Below, in pieces: positions 20,377 through 29,029 of a stretch of DNA of 64,000 nucleotides. This DNA comes from a bacterium. Lineage in GTDB: Bacteria; Patescibacteriota; Saccharimonadia; CAILAD01; BJGX01. The stretch lies in contig JAKOQC010000510.1 in the NCBI GenBank assembly GCA_029778565.1, positions 18,838 through 82,837 of the forward strand. The letters run 5' to 3'. Within the stretch, counting starts at the first letter, position 1; each line of letters begins with the position of its first letter. A model generated the notes under the pieces. The model saw only the letters and a list, made by a program, of their open reading frames with translations. It was not told where the DNA came from and did not search any database. The translations under genes and the position numbers were made by a program.

Positions 20377-21126
20377 GTGACAAGTACATTGCATGCTGAT
20401 TCGGTACAACCAGGTCAGCGCCGGTGACATCGTGTTCTACTAAAACTCTCGGGTGAACAGCTCGAAGGTAGCCGTGGGCATGGTATTGACCCTGAGTTTG
20501 CCGAGTGGTTGGCTCGCGAGATCAAGACTGCTCACGAAGAAACCAGTGCAGAATTCGTTATTGTCATTGGTGGTGGCAATATCATGCGTGGTGCCTCTAT
20601 CGCTGGTGATGTCATCAACCGGGTAGCAGGCGACCATATGGGCATGTTGGCCACACTAATTAATGGTGTTGCTATGTATCACACACTCCAGAGTATTGGA
20701 GTAGATAATGTTCGTCTTCAGACGCGCTTGCGGTGTGAAGACGTGGCAGAAACGTATTTTATGAACACTGCGCTCGATTATCTCAACAAAAATAATCTAC
20801 TGATTATTGCTGGTGGTACTGGCAATCCGCTTTTTACTACCGATACCGCTGCCGTTAGCGCCGCACTCGAGCTCGATTGCGATGTGGTACTAAAGGCCAC
20901 CAAGGTTGATGGTGTCTACGATCGAAACCCAGATGAAGATGGTGCTACAAAGTTCGATAAAACCACACATCACGAAGCACTCATCAATGACAATATCAAG
21001 GTAATGGATGATGCTGCCATCGCCATGGCCAAAGAGCACAAGCTACCAATCATCGTCTTCAAGCTTGAAGCTGACAGTATTCTTAGGGTCATTCGTGGTG
21101 AGCGAATCGGTACCCTTGTAAAGTAA
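20377..21126 (+). CDS. pyrH: UMP kinase with an in-frame TGA at 20425-20427 (pseudogene, error or readthrough)
   Basis: AGGAGG + GTG 20377; RR*HRVLLKLSGE, GGGNIMRG, DHMGMLAT, FTTDTAA, KATKVDGVY. Confidence 0.88.
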
Positions 21127-21132
21127 TTTTTT

Positions 21133-21156
21133 ACCCATGGAAACATGGGTTTTTTA
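21133..21156 (+). terminator. Intrinsic terminator
   Basis: ACCCATG-GAAA-CATGGGT followed by T tract. Confidence 0.75.
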
Positions 21157-21591
21157 TTTAACTAAATGCGAGCTCGTATTAATAAAACCAATAATACAAG
21201 CACCAAGCCAAGCTAGTTGCGAGAGAGTAATTGACGTAATAGACCAAACAATCAGTTTCTTAGGTAATTGCCAGAAATTCTCTAGCTTTTCAGACTTCAT
21301 AGCTTTCTGTACAAAATGCAAATTTACACCATTACAGATAATTATTAATACCAGCAACATCTTAAGTTGAGTAAGTGGCTTGGTAAAGTTAGGATGCAAA
21401 AACTTACCACTAAGTATTAAGCCTGCCAAGCCAGACCAAATAAGAATCTGTGCGGTTTTACCAACCTCTATCATCTGAGTTTTGGTCTTTTTGCCTAATA
21501 CCCAAAACAAGCCATAGAAATCTACAAATAACACACTGCCGTAAGCAACAATTAGGCTAAATAAATGTACAAACAGTACTACTTTATACAT
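21154..21591 (-). CDS. Integral membrane protein
   Basis: About four hydrophobic segments; overlaps upstream gene. Confidence 0.7.
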   Translation of the reverse strand: MYKVVLFVHLFSLIVAYGSVLFVDFYGLFWVLGKKTKTQMIEVGKTAQILIWSGLAGLILSGKFLHPNFTKPLTQLKMLLVLIIICNGVNLHFVQKAMKSEKLENFWQLPKKLIVWSITSITLSQLAWLGACIIGFINTSSHLVK

Positions 21592-21979
21592 TATTTTTCT
21601 CTAAATACTCTTGCATTAGACTCCAATAATAATCTCGCCAGCCTTGCTCGATATCTTTGGCAAAATCATCTGGCACGTCTGTTTGACGAAACCGAAGCTT
21701 ACAACCACTATTTTTTGGCGATAAAATATAACTTACTTTGCTCTCTGCACCCTCCGGCCAATCTGACGCGCGCCACGACTGAATAATTTCTTTACCCGGT
21801 ACGAGCTTACTAAATTTTCCGACTGCATAGTCATCCCAGACAGAAAAGTTACCACCTACTTGAGCATCAATTTTGGCTACCGAGTTAGTAAGAGCAAAGA
21901 ATTTTTTTTCGTCTGTAAGAAGCGTATAAACTTCTTTGGGCGATGCATTAAATTCTATTTCTTGTGATATGTCGGCCAT
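21584..21979 (-). CDS. SRPBCC/AHSA1-like protein
   Basis: ASPKEVY, VGGNFS, IIQSWR, GWRDYYW. Confidence 0.85.
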   Translation of the reverse strand: MADISQEIEFNASPKEVYTLLTDEKKFFALTNSVAKIDAQVGGNFSVWDDYAVGKFSKLVPGKEIIQSWRASDWPEGAESKVSYILSPKNSGCKLRFRQTDVPDDFAKDIEQGWRDYYWSLMQEYLEKNNV

Positions 21980-21988
21980 GTTTTCTCC

Positions 21989-22465
21989 TTATTTTGCCAG
22001 AGCAACTACTTCAGCCAAATCCTCCGAGCCGCTCCATTTATTTATCATTGCTCCACCTGCATCTACCTGCACAAAGGTGTCTTCAAACGGTACTTGGTAT
22101 TGTTTTTTGAGCGCAGCGCTTTTGTCGTAATCGACATACATAATAGTAAAGTTGTTGGGGATTTTTGCCGTATTGGTTTTAAAATCGTTGTCGAGCATTT
22201 TGCAGGTTTTAGACCACTTGGCGCAGAAAAATAATATCACTTTACCATCACTAGCCTGCGCGAGTTTTGCGGGATCGTATAGAGTGTATTCACCCGGTCG
22301 TTTAGATACCTCACTTTTCTGCTCTACCGGTTCTGCCTGAGCAGCTGGTGCCACAGCTACCTTGGTAGACTTCTTACTCTGTAGTTTTTTCCAACCAAAA
22401 TAACTACCTACTCCAATAAGAACTGCTAACATAAAAACTCCACCTATTATTAAGATTTTTTTCAT
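21989..22465 (-). CDS. Membrane-anchored thioredoxin-like protein
   Basis: TM helix, LFFCAKWSKTC (WSxxC instead of WCxxC), thioredoxin-like fold motifs. Confidence 0.7.
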   Translation of the reverse strand: MKKILIIGGVFMLAVLIGVGSYFGWKKLQSKKSTKVAVAPAAQAEPVEQKSEVSKRPGEYTLYDPAKLAQASDGKVILFFCAKWSKTCKMLDNDFKTNTAKIPNNFTIMYVDYDKSAALKKQYQVPFEDTFVQVDAGGAMINKWSGSEDLAEVVALAK

Positions 22466-22911
22466 TTGTTTTGATACCGACTCGTTAAAAGCATTTTTAG
22501 TAGAATTATCAGTACCAAAATAACTATTAGCCAAGAATCGAGACTATGCAAAAACACTTGCACAATTATTGCGATACTTAATAGAGCAATGACTACCAGA
22601 AAAACTGCTCTCTCTACAGCCGGCATCGGGGTATTATGCTTGGGCCGACTACGCCAATGCGTAACAGCAAATACCAAAACAACCAACATAAATGCGGCTA
22701 GCAACACAAATTGCCCATTTACCGTAAGGGCACTATAGGCGGGCACCATAAAGAACAAACCAAGCCCAAATATTACCAAGGCAATTAATATTTCTGAGGT
22801 AAATTTATGCTCAGTAAACAAATCTTCTTCTTGTATTGGCTCAATCTGAGAGTTGTTGTGCTTTGGTTTTTTATGCTTGGCTTCGTGCCGTGCGTGCGAT
22901 GTTTTACTCAT
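22462..22911 (-). CDS. Four-TM membrane protein
   Basis: Hydrophobic profile; leaderless-type start. Confidence 0.7.
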   Translation of the reverse strand: MSKTSHARHEAKHKKPKHNNSQIEPIQEEDLFTEHKFTSEILIALVIFGLGLFFMVPAYSALTVNGQFVLLAAFMLVVLVFAVTHWRSRPKHNTPMPAVERAVFLVVIALLSIAIIVQVFLHSLDSWLIVILVLIILLKMLLTSRYQNK

Positions 22912-22964
22912 AATATATATTGTAACATGGCTAAATTATGCATTTAAAAACCTCTCTAATTTAA

Positions 22965-23408
22965 TTAGAGAGGTAATTGCGGGTCTGCCAAACGAAACCC
23001 GTGCTGAGCCAAAACTGCTTCTATCTCAGCGATACGCTTAGGGCCAATATCGAAGTACAGTTGGAGCTCAGTTTTACTCTTAGAACACAATTGGCCAATT
23101 GTTGTAATACTCATTTCGGGTGCGGAAACAATTTTGGCAAATTCACCTTTACGTTTACCAGACCCAATACCCTTGTGTGGCCTAGATAATGCTTTAAAGG
23201 TTTTTGTACTTAAACCAAGAAGTTCGAGCGGTGAATCTAAGGTTAGCTTTGCTTCTGCAGTATGCTGAGGGGGAGCATTACTCTCGATTTTTTTTGTCGA
23301 TACAGAATGAAGATTACTAAACCTGTATCGCCCTTTTTGAAAAGCCACAAGCTTTTCTAGGGCGACTAGCTCACCATCGTCAACCACAAACCTAATTTCT
23401 GTAGGCAT
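22965..23408 (-). CDS. Stand-alone RNA polymerase alpha-CTD domain protein
   Basis: LELLGLSTKTFKAL..ITTIGQLCSKSKTEL..IGPKRIAEIEAVLAQHGFRL. Confidence 0.75.
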   Translation of the reverse strand: MPTEIRFVVDDGELVALEKLVAFQKGRYRFSNLHSVSTKKIESNAPPQHTAEAKLTLDSPLELLGLSTKTFKALSRPHKGIGSGKRKGEFAKIVSAPEMSITTIGQLCSKSKTELQLYFDIGPKRIAEIEAVLAQHGFRLADPQLPL

Positions 23409-23821
23409 TAGCCTTCTCCTTGTTCGTAAACTTCTTCAAGCATAAGATGCAGACCATGTTTTGCCAGGGCAGCCCGCACATTGTGCAAGCCTACATAGCC
23501 AAACTGTGGCATTGCCAGCAGATCGTCTGCACTATAAGCAAGTAGATCGCCTATTGTTACAATCTCTGACTTAGCGAAGCCTCTCCTATGAGCCCAGCTC
23601 AGTGCCCCAATAGTTCTCGAATGAAGACCTAGGTTACGAATATTGAGTTTAGTTATATCATTTTTTTCAGCCGGAAGTTCAAGCATAGGTACCTTATAGC
23701 CAACAGTTCTGCGCAAATCGTAAAGTATGTTTGTGCCATAGTTTGCTGTAAGTTCTCTTAGCTGCCTATAAAAACCATGCGAAACATCGTCATCCACAAT
23801 AATATGAATCTCATAGGGCAT
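23408..23821 (-). CDS. Stand-alone RNA polymerase alpha-CTD domain protein
   Basis: IRNLGLHSRTIGAL..IVTIGDLLAYSADDLLAMPQFGYVGLHNVRAALAKHGLHL. Confidence 0.8.
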   Translation of the reverse strand: MPYEIHIIVDDDVSHGFYRQLRELTANYGTNILYDLRRTVGYKVPMLELPAEKNDITKLNIRNLGLHSRTIGALSWAHRRGFAKSEIVTIGDLLAYSADDLLAMPQFGYVGLHNVRAALAKHGLHLMLEEVYEQGEG

Positions 23822-23859
23822 GTGTCTGCCTTTCTGTGAGGTGCTAGATCAGGAATATT

Positions 23860-24825
23860 CTAAATTGATAAGCTTGTTTTGTCAATAATAGCGAGTAACT
23901 CGTCGTGGCTTTTGGTCTGCATCATAGTAGCTCGCAGCTCAGATGCGCCTGCAAAACCATTAATATACATCTTTACAAATTTCTTGAGTGGTTCAAACTT
24001 TTCGTTGGCCCAAGTTTTTTTATGGAGAATGGTGTGTTCGCGCAAGATAGGTAGCATTGTTTGTAGATCTCGATTAGTTTTAGCTTCGTCAAACACAAAA
24101 AAATTATGAAATATACCACGGCCAATCATAATGCCATCTACGCCAGATTCTTTAGCCAGTTTTCTACCCTGCTCTACGCTCATAACATCACCATTACCAA
24201 CAATAATGGTATCTGGGCTTAACTTGTCACGTAGTTTTACCGCCTTAGCAATCTCATCCCAATGAGCTGGCACCTTGCTCATTTCTTTCTTTGTGCGACC
24301 ATGCACAATAATTGCATCCAAATTTTGCTCAAGCAAGAACCCTATCCAGGCTTCGGTATCTATAGTGTTAAATCCTATGCGCGTTTTTACACTCACCGGA
24401 ATTTTACCGTTTGCACCTTTCTGAGTAGCAATAATAACTTCTTTGGCTAATTTTGGGTTTTGTATCATTGCACTACAAGCACCTTTTTTTATCATATCTT
24501 TTACAGGACAGCCCATATTAATATCAATTCCATCAAAGCCCATGGCCACAATATCGCGCGCCATTTGCTCATAATTGGCAGGGGTAATTCCCCAGATCTG
24601 AGCAATCAGCGGTTTTTCACTTTTTTTATGTAGCAACCGTGTACCAATTGCGCCCTTCCCTGGGCTACACCAGCCATCGGCATTGGCAAATTCAGTCATC
24701 ATTAAATCGACCGGTGCATGCTTTTGCACAATACGGCGAAAAACCGTATCGGTTACATCGTCCATTGGTGCCAGCACAAAAAACGGCTGTTTATTGTCTT
24801 TCAGTTTTTGCCAAATATTTTTCAT
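23860..24825 (-). CDS. dus: tRNA-dihydrouridine synthase (Dus family)
   Basis: LAPMDDVTD, DINMGCP, VKTRIG, VHGRT, GNGDV, MIGRG. Confidence 0.93.
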   Translation of the reverse strand: MKNIWQKLKDNKQPFFVLAPMDDVTDTVFRRIVQKHAPVDLMMTEFANADGWCSPGKGAIGTRLLHKKSEKPLIAQIWGITPANYEQMARDIVAMGFDGIDINMGCPVKDMIKKGACSAMIQNPKLAKEVIIATQKGANGKIPVSVKTRIGFNTIDTEAWIGFLLEQNLDAIIVHGRTKKEMSKVPAHWDEIAKAVKLRDKLSPDTIIVGNGDVMSVEQGRKLAKESGVDGIMIGRGIFHNFFVFDEAKTNRDLQTMLPILREHTILHKKTWANEKFEPLKKFVKMYINGFAGASELRATMMQTKSHDELLAIIDKTSLSI

Positions 24826-24913
24826 TACTAGTGCGCTAGTATAACCGAAATCAGTAGAAATTTCTAGACTAATGTGTCACATCGAGCTCATAAAACGGTT
24901 ATAATAACATTAC

Positions 24914-26464
24914 ATGAAAAATTCGAAGAAACCAGATTTCGTGTATGATCCGGTCGAAGACAAAGGTAAAGACTTGCCATTAAAAAATAGTGAACCGGCA
25001 AAATCTTCACCTAGCAGTGACCCGGATTTTGTTTTTGACCCCAAAAAGAACCCCAAAGAACACATTCGCGCACGAGAAAGTGCCGAATTGGTGTCTGAAG
25101 GTTCTGCAGATAAGCCCCATTTAAACCAAAAAACTCAACCATCACAAAACGATATGGCAGATGAATTTGATTTACCAAAGAAAAAAAAGCGCCGTTGGCC
25201 CAAGGTAGTGTTAATACTCGCCTTGTTACTTGGTGCTGCTCTGGGTTACTTGGGTTGGTATTTATTGCATCATGCTGGCAAGGTTAGTAGCAATTTATTC
25301 GACTTTAGCTCACAACTAAAGGGTGAGTCGCGTGGTCGTGTAAACATTCTGTTACTCGGTATTGGCGACCCTGGCCACGACGGCGGAGCTTTATCTGACA
25401 CTAATATGGTGGTTAGTCTTGATACCACTCAAAAACCAGCCAAAGTCGCCATGATTAGCCTGCCACGCGACTTACAGGTGAGTATTCCTGGGCATGGTGA
25501 GGCCAAGATAAATCAAGCCAATTCGGATGGTGGTGTCGATCTCGCTAAAGAAACAGTATCGAACACACTTGGTATCCCAATAGATTACTATGTGGTGGCT
25601 AATTTTACCGGGCTAAAGCAAGCAGTAGATGCCGTTGGTGGTATCGATATTCATAACGACACATTACTAAGTGACCCTGAATATCCTTGTGATAATAATC
25701 AATATCGTAGCTGTGGCTATAAGCTAGCACCAGGTAATTATCACTTAGATGGCACAGCAGCACTTAAATTTGCCCGTTGCCGTAAAGGCACTTGTGGTGA
25801 TGATTTTGGACGCGCCCAGCGTCAACAACAGGTACTAACCGCTATCCGCGAAAAAGCTTTAAGTGCTAATACCTTGGCAAATCCACTAAAAGTAAATGAT
25901 CTATTGAATGCTGCCAGCAATAACGTAAAGACCGACCTAAGCCTAAAGAATATTCAACGCCTTGCCGACCTTACTAAAGGACTACAAAAAGATCAAATTA
26001 TGAGCATTGTCTTCTCTCTTAAGCCAAATGGCTTTTTAGTTACTGATAAAACAAGTAGTAATCTTTTGCCAGCTGGGGGTAGTTTTGCCGACATTCGTAA
26101 GTTTGTACAAAACATCTTTACTGTTGGGCCAATTTGGGTAGAAGAACCAAAAATTACTATCGAAAACGGCACAACCACAAGCGGCTTAGGGGGCAAGTTT
26201 AAGCTCAAACTAGAAAATGACGGCATGGCTATCACTATTACGAGTGTTGGTAATGCCAAAACCAAAGATTATACAACTAGCCAAATTATAGACTATACGG
26301 GTGGTAAAAAACCGAATACTGCAGCGTATCTTTCGAAGCTGCTTGGTGTGCCTGTAACCCAGCCAACTACTCCGGTAAAAAACCCAGTGGTAGATTTTGA
26401 AGTTATTTTGGGTAGTGATTATGCAGCTAGCATTGCCCCTCAGAATTCCTCTTCTAATAATTAA
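24914..26464 (+). CDS. LCP-family (LytR-CpsA-Psr) protein with LytR_C domain
   Basis: TM, NILLLG, SDT, SLPRD, DFGRAQRQQ; C-terminal ENGT..VILGSD. Confidence 0.92.
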   Translation: MKNSKKPDFVYDPVEDKGKDLPLKNSEPAKSSPSSDPDFVFDPKKNPKEHIRARESAELVSEGSADKPHLNQKTQPSQNDMADEFDLPKKKKRRWPKVVLILALLLGAALGYLGWYLLHHAGKVSSNLFDFSSQLKGESRGRVNILLLGIGDPGHDGGALSDTNMVVSLDTTQKPAKVAMISLPRDLQVSIPGHGEAKINQANSDGGVDLAKETVSNTLGIPIDYYVVANFTGLKQAVDAVGGIDIHNDTLLSDPEYPCDNNQYRSCGYKLAPGNYHLDGTAALKFARCRKGTCGDDFGRAQRQQQVLTAIREKALSANTLANPLKVNDLLNAASNNVKTDLSLKNIQRLADLTKGLQKDQIMSIVFSLKPNGFLVTDKTSSNLLPAGGSFADIRKFVQNIFTVGPIWVEEPKITIENGTTTSGLGGKFKLKLENDGMAITITSVGNAKTKDYTTSQIIDYTGGKKPNTAAYLSKLLGVPVTQPTTPVKNPVVDFEVILGSDYAASIAPQNSSSNN

Positions 26465-26494
26465 AATCCCCCTAGTAAACACTAGGAGGAACAC

Positions 26495-26824
26495 TCATCT
26501 CGTTAACGCCGAGAATGGTGACTTCTTTTGATGTGAATGTATAAAAAGTGCATCAATGATCTTATCGAGATCTCGCATAGGAATGGTTATTGAATTGGCA
26601 TGCATCACTTGCCTGCAATCGTCGTCCTGACAACCATGCTCTTCGCAAGTTTTGTGCGATACAGCATTCAATACGAAGATCGTTTCACCATCTTTTTCTG
26701 TGACAGTCAGAACTAGTTCACTAAACTCACCTACCCTTAATTGATCGAGATACATCGGAAATAATCTGGCAAGAGCAATGGTTTTTTGGTCGAAATCTTC
26801 ACCAATACTCGGCACAGAACTCAT
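26495..26824 (-). CDS. Hypothetical protein
   Basis: GGAGG SD; TTGAAC-N17-TACTAT promoter; C/H-rich motif CEEHGC. Confidence 0.65.
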   Translation of the reverse strand: MSSVPSIGEDFDQKTIALARLFPMYLDQLRVGEFSELVLTVTEKDGETIFVLNAVSHKTCEEHGCQDDDCRQVMHANSITIPMRDLDKIIDALFIHSHQKKSPFSALTR

Positions 26825-26914
26825 CTGATCCTCCGTTGTTCAAAATCGTCCGGCTCACTATAGTATCATTATTATGCTTTCAGTTCAATAAAAAAGTCTT
26901 AGCATTAGCTAAGA

Positions 26915-27070
26915 CTAAATATCGTCATCCCTCACATTCATACTGTTCCACTGAGAATTATCAGACAATGAGTGGCGCGAATTTTTGGGGTGTTTTCTTT
27001 TTCGAATCATCCAGGTACCGAAGAGTACAAAGGCTGTTCCGAGTCCGAAATACAGCTTTTTACGCTTCAT
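26915..27070 (-). CDS. 51-aa single-TM small protein
   Basis: MKRKKLYFGLGTAFVLFGTWM; purine-rich SD; overlaps upstream small ORF. Confidence 0.5.
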   Translation of the reverse strand: MKRKKLYFGLGTAFVLFGTWMIRKRKHPKNSRHSLSDNSQWNSMNVRDDDI

Positions 27071-27215
27071 TATTGCTTCCCTTTTTCTTGGATTCACTTT
27101 GAATTATTCTGGTATCGGCCTGTGGTGCACGGGCGATAACCACAACAGCATATACAAACGCAATTGCAGACGCAAAAAGGATAGGCCTTTTCGCCCTTCG
27201 AAGATAATTCAACAT
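27060..27215 (-). CDS. 51-aa single-TM small protein (not in ORF track)
   Basis: MLNYLRRAKRPILFASAIAFVYAVVVIARAP; AGAAAGG SD; TTGAAA-N17-TAATCT upstream. Confidence 0.55.
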   Translation of the reverse strand: MLNYLRRAKRPILFASAIAFVYAVVVIARAPQADTRIIQSESKKKGSNNEA

Positions 27216-27293
27216 CGTTATCCTTTCTGGCTGGAGTGGATAGGTGCTCGCAATAGATTAACAGATTACCGAAGAATTTTCAATAGATCTGGA

Positions 27294-27623
27294 CTATTCA
27301 TATGTCTCAATAAGGAAAATTCGATGAAAGAACCCACCACGCTCCTGGGACTTTTTCTCCTCAACTTCTTCTACTTGATCCATATTACCATCTTCAAACA
27401 TAGCCAAAGCAGTTAGTACTTCACGAATGTCTGCTCGTTCTTCACACCGGGCCTCGGGTGTCTCAGCTTCTAGATATTCAGCAACTTCTTCCTGTAGCTT
27501 CTTGCGTAATTCCTGATAGTATTCATCATCATCCAGTTTGCGAGTCTGGCTAGCAATTCCCCTTGCTGCCAAATAGTCCGGAATCTTATCTCTTACTAGT
27601 TTATTCCAAGACTTACGGGCCAT
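27294..27623 (-). CDS. MazG-like nucleoside triphosphate pyrophosphohydrolase
   Basis: NKLVRDKIP, KLQEEVAE, EERADIREV, ERGGF. Confidence 0.88.
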   Translation of the reverse strand: MARKSWNKLVRDKIPDYLAARGIASQTRKLDDDEYYQELRKKLQEEVAEYLEAETPEARCEERADIREVLTALAMFEDGNMDQVEEVEEKKSQERGGFFHRIFLIETYE

Positions 27624-27680
27624 TACAAACTCCTTCGTTTTGAGGTACCTATTTCAGTCTGAACCCAAATTTAACTGCTT

Positions 27681-28421
27681 TCAAGCATTACCTTTTAAGT
27701 ATGCCTGACGTTTGGGCTCAGGAAATTTTTCTATAGCATAGCGCAGCATAGTACGTGGCATAGTTTTGTAGTGTTTTTTTAAAAACAGTTCTTCTGCGTC
27801 TAGGCCAACGCTATTACCAACTTCGCGCAACATCCAGCCAACAGCTTTTTGAATTAAATCGTGCTCATCATGCAAAAGTATCTCAGCAATAATAAAGGTT
27901 TCATTAATATCGCCCATCTTTATAAAATAAAACGTCGACATTATGGCAATACGTCTTTCCCAAATAGACTTTGAGTTTGCTAACTTTGTAAGTACTTCTA
28001 AAACTTCTTTTGCTGGTGATTCTTTTTGTGCATAGGTATTCCATAAATACACACTCACAATATACGGTGCCGAAGAATCAACAATATCCCAATTATTAAT
28101 GTAAGCAGTATTGGCCAAATAAAAGTCATAAATTTCTTTTTGTTTTTTGGCATCAGCTTTTTTAAACTGTTGGACCAATATTATCACTGCGGTTAATCGA
28201 TGTTCGTGCACCTTACTCTTAAGAAGGTTCTTTATCTCTCTAAGGGGCAAATCTTTATATTGCTTGGCGACTTTTCGCTGCAATGGTACCGTTACCCCAA
28301 TAAAAATATCCCCTTCACCGTATTGACCCTTAGCAGTTTTAAAAAACCAGGCTGAGTTATTAGCTCGCTCGGCATCGGCTAATAGTCTAAGCTCATTTTT
28401 TACAGATTTAGCAGTATTCAT
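27681..28421 (-). CDS. DNA alkylation repair protein (AlkD-like)
   Basis: GQYGEGDIFIGV, NNWDIVD, WERR, KAVGWMLRE, MPRTMLRYAIE. Confidence 0.9.
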   Translation of the reverse strand: MNTAKSVKNELRLLADAERANNSAWFFKTAKGQYGEGDIFIGVTVPLQRKVAKQYKDLPLREIKNLLKSKVHEHRLTAVIILVQQFKKADAKKQKEIYDFYLANTAYINNWDIVDSSAPYIVSVYLWNTYAQKESPAKEVLEVLTKLANSKSIWERRIAIMSTFYFIKMGDINETFIIAEILLHDEHDLIQKAVGWMLREVGNSVGLDAEELFLKKHYKTMPRTMLRYAIEKFPEPKRQAYLKGNA

Positions 28422-28805
28422 CTATAGATTTGGTGTCTCTTTCTTCCAGACATTGTTAGGATCTAAAATTTCGCCTGTAGTTAAATCAATGGGCTTATTT
28501 ACTTTAACGCGCGTATCAGAAGTGTCGCCTGGATCCTTAATTGGTTCTAAACGTAACATCCAGCGGCCTGAAGCTTCAAAAACTGTAGCGATATATTTAC
28601 CACTATCTTTATTTACATATACTTGGTTATTTAAATTTGCAAATGGCTGCTCTTCACGCTGTACTTCGGCCGAACTCCCCATGTGTATCTTTAGCTTAGA
28701 TTCTTCTTGAACGTTATCTTCTGATATTTTCTTTAAATCGGCTGCTAAATTTTTTTGTACATCGTTATTTGATTCTTGATTAAACGTTGACCTTAATTCG
28801 CCCAT
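28422..28805 (-). CDS. Hypothetical protein
   Basis: ORF packed between neighbours in the same run. Confidence 0.6.
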   Translation of the reverse strand: MGELRSTFNQESNNDVQKNLAADLKKISEDNVQEESKLKIHMGSSAEVQREEQPFANLNNQVYVNKDSGKYIATVFEASGRWMLRLEPIKDPGDTSDTRVKVNKPIDLTTGEILDPNNVWKKETPNL

Positions 28806-28807
28806 AC

Positions 28808-29026
28808 TTATTTTGTCCCCCATTTAATCCTACTCCAGATTCTCTCATGCAGATAGTAAATAATTGTGCCAGTTATAGCGGTTATTCCAGTAATAGTTGT
28901 GGCATCCGCTAAACGACGAGTTGTGAAGAAACTAATTGTAAAGATAGAGATAACAATTACTATACGATAAGTAATTGCTTTGGTAATCGAACGAGTATGG
29001 GTTTCTCTTGGCTTATTATGCTTCAT
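28808..29026 (-). CDS. DUF2061 membrane protein
   Basis: RSITKAITYR, YYLHERIW..IKWG. Confidence 0.85.
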   Translation of the reverse strand: MKHNKPRETHTRSITKAITYRIVIVISIFTISFFTTRRLADATTITGITAITGTIIYYLHERIWSRIKWGTK

Positions 29027-29029
29027 AGG

